Positions 61,321 through 64,000 of a stretch of DNA of 64,000 bases are shown here, in pieces. Made by a program: the position numbers and the translations under genes. Within the stretch, counting starts at the first letter, position 1. Each line of letters opens with the position of its first letter. The stretch is from a phage. Location of the stretch: the NCBI GenBank assembly GCA_012365435.1, contig GCA_012365435.1_4518.1; one strand, written 5' to 3'. Below the pieces are notes generated by a model. The model saw only the letters and a program-made list of their open reading frames with translations, was not told the origin of the DNA and searched no databases.

Positions 61321-61518
61321 ATGTTTAAACTTCCATCGTTAATCAACGCTATTAAAGGCAATAAAAAGAAAACTGCTATCGCTGCAATAGTTGTAGGTGG
61401 CATTATTTCATGGAACTTCGGGATTGCACCATTGTTAGTTGCCCATGGTATTATAGTTCCTTCTGTTCCATTGGATACTGTAGTTGATTTGGCCTTTGCT
61501 ATTATAGGGCTTGTTTAA
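61321..61518 (+). CDS. Small hydrophobic protein, 65 aa, on opposite strand to neighbours
   Basis: ORF with aggagatattATG SD; two predicted hydrophobic segments. Confidence 0.4.
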   Translation: MFKLPSLINAIKGNKKKTAIAAIVVGGIISWNFGIAPLLVAHGIIVPSVPLDTVVDLAFAIIGLV

Positions 61519-62537
61519 ATCTTCGAATAACGAGATAATCTCATTTTAGCATGCAACCCACTTGAAATATTCTGTTTCATATATTCTAAAATTTCTTGTG
61601 GTGTTGCATTTTCTTTCATTACCATATCATTCACATCCTTTGAACTCCATGGAGCTCGGTCCCAGAACATGACACGTTCGCCTGCATCAACTAATCGCTT
61701 CATGCGAGCTATAGTATCCGGATGCCTAGGTTCATTATCCATTACCCATACCCGACGTTCTTTAAATGGTACCACATCCAAATCTATCGAGCCGCCTGTA
61801 ATAGCGATTGCATTGGGTATGAATAAACTATCAATAGGGCCTTCCATTACCCAGACGTCCCCTTCCTTAACACGTTCAACACCATAAATTTTTGTTGCAG
61901 ACTCAAACGCTTTAATAGTGATATATTTCTGAGGAGCATCTTTACGAAGTGCACGTCCTTGGAATGACTCGGCCTTCCCGTCTTTATTAAAAATAGGAAT
62001 CACTAAACGTGGTTCGGGAATCTCTTTCTTATACGTACCAGGTTGAATCTTGTTGACCAATTTGGGCCATTCTAATGTGAACCATAATCTGTTCCATGAT
62101 TCTTTAGGAATACACCGAGACTTAACATATTTCACAATAGGATGCTCTTCAGGCAGCTTGTCTAGACGAGAACAAGACGGCAAAGAATTTATAGTCTTTT
62201 TCTCTGGCTCTGGCTTAGCTTCAGGAACCTTTTCAATCTTTGGTTCCATTCTAGCTTTTTCTTTACGAACTTCCATTAGATATTCGCGATAAAGCTCTTC
62301 ATCATACTCTTTTAAGTATCCAGAAATTGTATTGTGGTATTGACAGTTATAGCAATGCACATTACCTGGAGTACCACCGTAATACCATCCGCGGGCTTTC
62401 ATTGCATCTGTCTGAGAGTCGCCACAAACTGGACATCGAAATGTTAATTTAAATGTGCTTGAATTATTGATTTGTCTAAAACGAGGTAGGTGAGAAAACG
62501 CACGATAAGCAAATTCATTATCTATCCATTCAGCCAT
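61515..62537 (-). CDS. 61: DNA primase gp61, 340 aa
   Basis: Zinc ribbon CPVCGDS...CYNC and TOPRIM region; close match to T4 gp61. Confidence 0.95.
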   Translation of the reverse strand: MAEWIDNEFAYRAFSHLPRFRQINNSSTFKLTFRCPVCGDSQTDAMKARGWYYGGTPGNVHCYNCQYHNTISGYLKEYDEELYREYLMEVRKEKARMEPKIEKVPEAKPEPEKKTINSLPSCSRLDKLPEEHPIVKYVKSRCIPKESWNRLWFTLEWPKLVNKIQPGTYKKEIPEPRLVIPIFNKDGKAESFQGRALRKDAPQKYITIKAFESATKIYGVERVKEGDVWVMEGPIDSLFIPNAIAITGGSIDLDVVPFKERRVWVMDNEPRHPDTIARMKRLVDAGERVMFWDRAPWSSKDVNDMVMKENATPQEILEYMKQNISSGLHAKMRLSRYSKI

Positions 62538-62576
62538 AGTATTCTCCAGAGGCCTTATTAATTTAAGGCCATCATA

Positions 62577-63071
62577 TCACAACTTATTAATATTTACTTT
62601 AATTCGCTTTCTTTTCTTGGAAGGAATTTGTTCTGGACCTTTATTTACGACTGCACCTGTAGTTGTTCCTGATGCAATAGCTTGAGGGCTGCCACCTGAA
62701 TCACCAGCAACCATATCCTCGAATAAAGGGAGTTCTTTAAATATTTCTTTCTGCTGTTCTTCTGTAATGTTATAGCGGGATGCTACAGCACTCCAGGCAG
62801 ACATCATTGAGGCCATTCCATTAAGACCCGGAACAGTGCTCATCATTCGCTTCATTGAACGAACTGAAGCATGAAAAGGTGTATAAGCCGCTTTCTCTTC
62901 AGGAGTGGAAGGACGTTTAAGAACACTTCCACGTTCGTCGATGATTTTGGCTTCGTACGCTTTCCATTCGGTAAAAGGTTTTTGCATTAGTCGAATAAAC
63001 TTATATGCGTAAACAGAATCTATTGCAGTGTTAATAATACCCATAGGTACCTCCTGAGTATATTTAATCAA
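62577..63071 (-). CDS. Hypothetical protein, 164 aa (61.1 position)
   Basis: ORF. Confidence 0.5.
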   Translation of the reverse strand: MIKYTQEVPMGIINTAIDSVYAYKFIRLMQKPFTEWKAYEAKIIDERGSVLKRPSTPEEKAAYTPFHASVRSMKRMMSTVPGLNGMASMMSAWSAVASRYNITEEQQKEIFKELPLFEDMVAGDSGGSPQAIASGTTTGAVVNKGPEQIPSKKRKRIKVNINKL

Positions 63072-63261
63072 TCACAAAGATCGCTTTATCACCGTTCGCA
63101 TCTGTGACTTCATATGTAGTGTCTTCATAGTGTGGAATATTCCAAATTACACCATCATTAGCTTTTACGCTAATATTGTATTGGTGTTTTGAAACAACTT
63201 CATAATCTTCAAAACTTGTAAAAACACTAATTTTAGAACCAGTGCAAATTGCAGTAGTCAT
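63064..63261 (-). CDS. Hypothetical protein, 65 aa
   Basis: ORF. Confidence 0.4.
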   Translation of the reverse strand: MTTAICTGSKISVFTSFEDYEVVSKHQYNISVKANDGVIWNIPHYEDTTYEVTDANGDKAIFVID

Positions 63262-63262
63262 T

Positions 63263-63922
63263 TTAACCTCGATTCATAAATGCATTAAATATTTGGTCAT
63301 CAACAGAAATTTCTAATTCGACTTCAATTGCTTCAACCTTTTCTTCAGGTGGTAATTCGTATCCACACACTACAATTTTTTCATCGATATCAAAATATAC
63401 AGAAGCAATACGATTAATGTTACTTTCAGTTAAGTCTAAATCAACATCAACATCTTTTTGACCTACACTTAAAGGATAACTAATACGAGTTATTTTATTA
63501 TCTTTAACAAAGAGTCCACCAACATACTCTGTACTACGTTTGAAGTTTACACGTTTCCGAATTGAAAGATATGATACATCTTTACCGTGAGCTCGGCTCA
63601 TAGGACATAATGAATAGCTAGAATAAGAGATGTCAAATCCTACACCTTCAATATGAGCCAACGTGTCATGAGTAAACCAATTATAATCATATGCCAAATC
63701 CATTAAATTATAATATGTGAAAGGCACTGGATTAACATCATATGTTGTACCTTTAAAATCTGCCCAGGCGACGATTTCGTTATCTTTAACAATTACAAAA
63801 ATTACACCAATATGATATCCGTTATTATTTTCATTCGGTGTTATATTATAACATTGTGCATTAGGAAATTTACCATATTTAAATGGCGCGTTTTTGTGCA
63901 TGTAATAAATCATATTATTCAC
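63263..63922 (-). CDS. Hypothetical protein, 219 aa
   Basis: ORF. Confidence 0.5.
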   Translation of the reverse strand: MNNMIYYMHKNAPFKYGKFPNAQCYNITPNENNNGYHIGVIFVIVKDNEIVAWADFKGTTYDVNPVPFTYYNLMDLAYDYNWFTHDTLAHIEGVGFDISYSSYSLCPMSRAHGKDVSYLSIRKRVNFKRSTEYVGGLFVKDNKITRISYPLSVGQKDVDVDLDLTESNINRIASVYFDIDEKIVVCGYELPPEEKVEAIEVELEISVDDQIFNAFMNRG

Positions 63923-64000
63923 CTGTGATTTCGGTTACGATATCTTTGTTATCGAAATTAGGGTCACAATACAAAACATAGTTGTACTGCATGATACCAC

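Overview
This window reads as one contiguous 64 kb stretch of a T4-like (Tevenvirinae) myovirus genome, colinear with the T4 map from alt/gene 30 through rIII-31-cd-pseT-alc-rnlA-denA-nrdB-nrdA-td-frd-32-59-33-dsbA-rnh, the late tail-fibre block 34-35-36-37-38-t on the + strand, then asiA-motA-52-ndd-denB-rIIB-rIIA-39-dexA-dda-srd-modA-modB-soc-56-61. Gene calls rest on reading the ORF translations against T4 protein sequences recalled from memory and on synteny; no search was run. Almost all early and middle genes are on the - strand; there are no rRNA, tRNA or CRISPR features. td carries a 1016-nt group I intron encoding an intact I-TevI homing endonuclease. Content that departs from T4 itself is the most interesting: a GT-B-like glycosyltransferase ORF between rIIA.1 and an unsplit gene 39 (candidate hydroxymethylcytosine arabinosyltransferase, as recalled for RB69), a class-I DAHP synthase next to cd, an overlapping HAD-hydrolase/NADAR pair beside DNA ligase, tandem paralogous ORF families, and many early-promoter/stem-loop (PeSL-like) cassettes flanking small ORFs. 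I did not find a clearly foreign inserted system; the candidates above are the places most likely to hold something undescribed.
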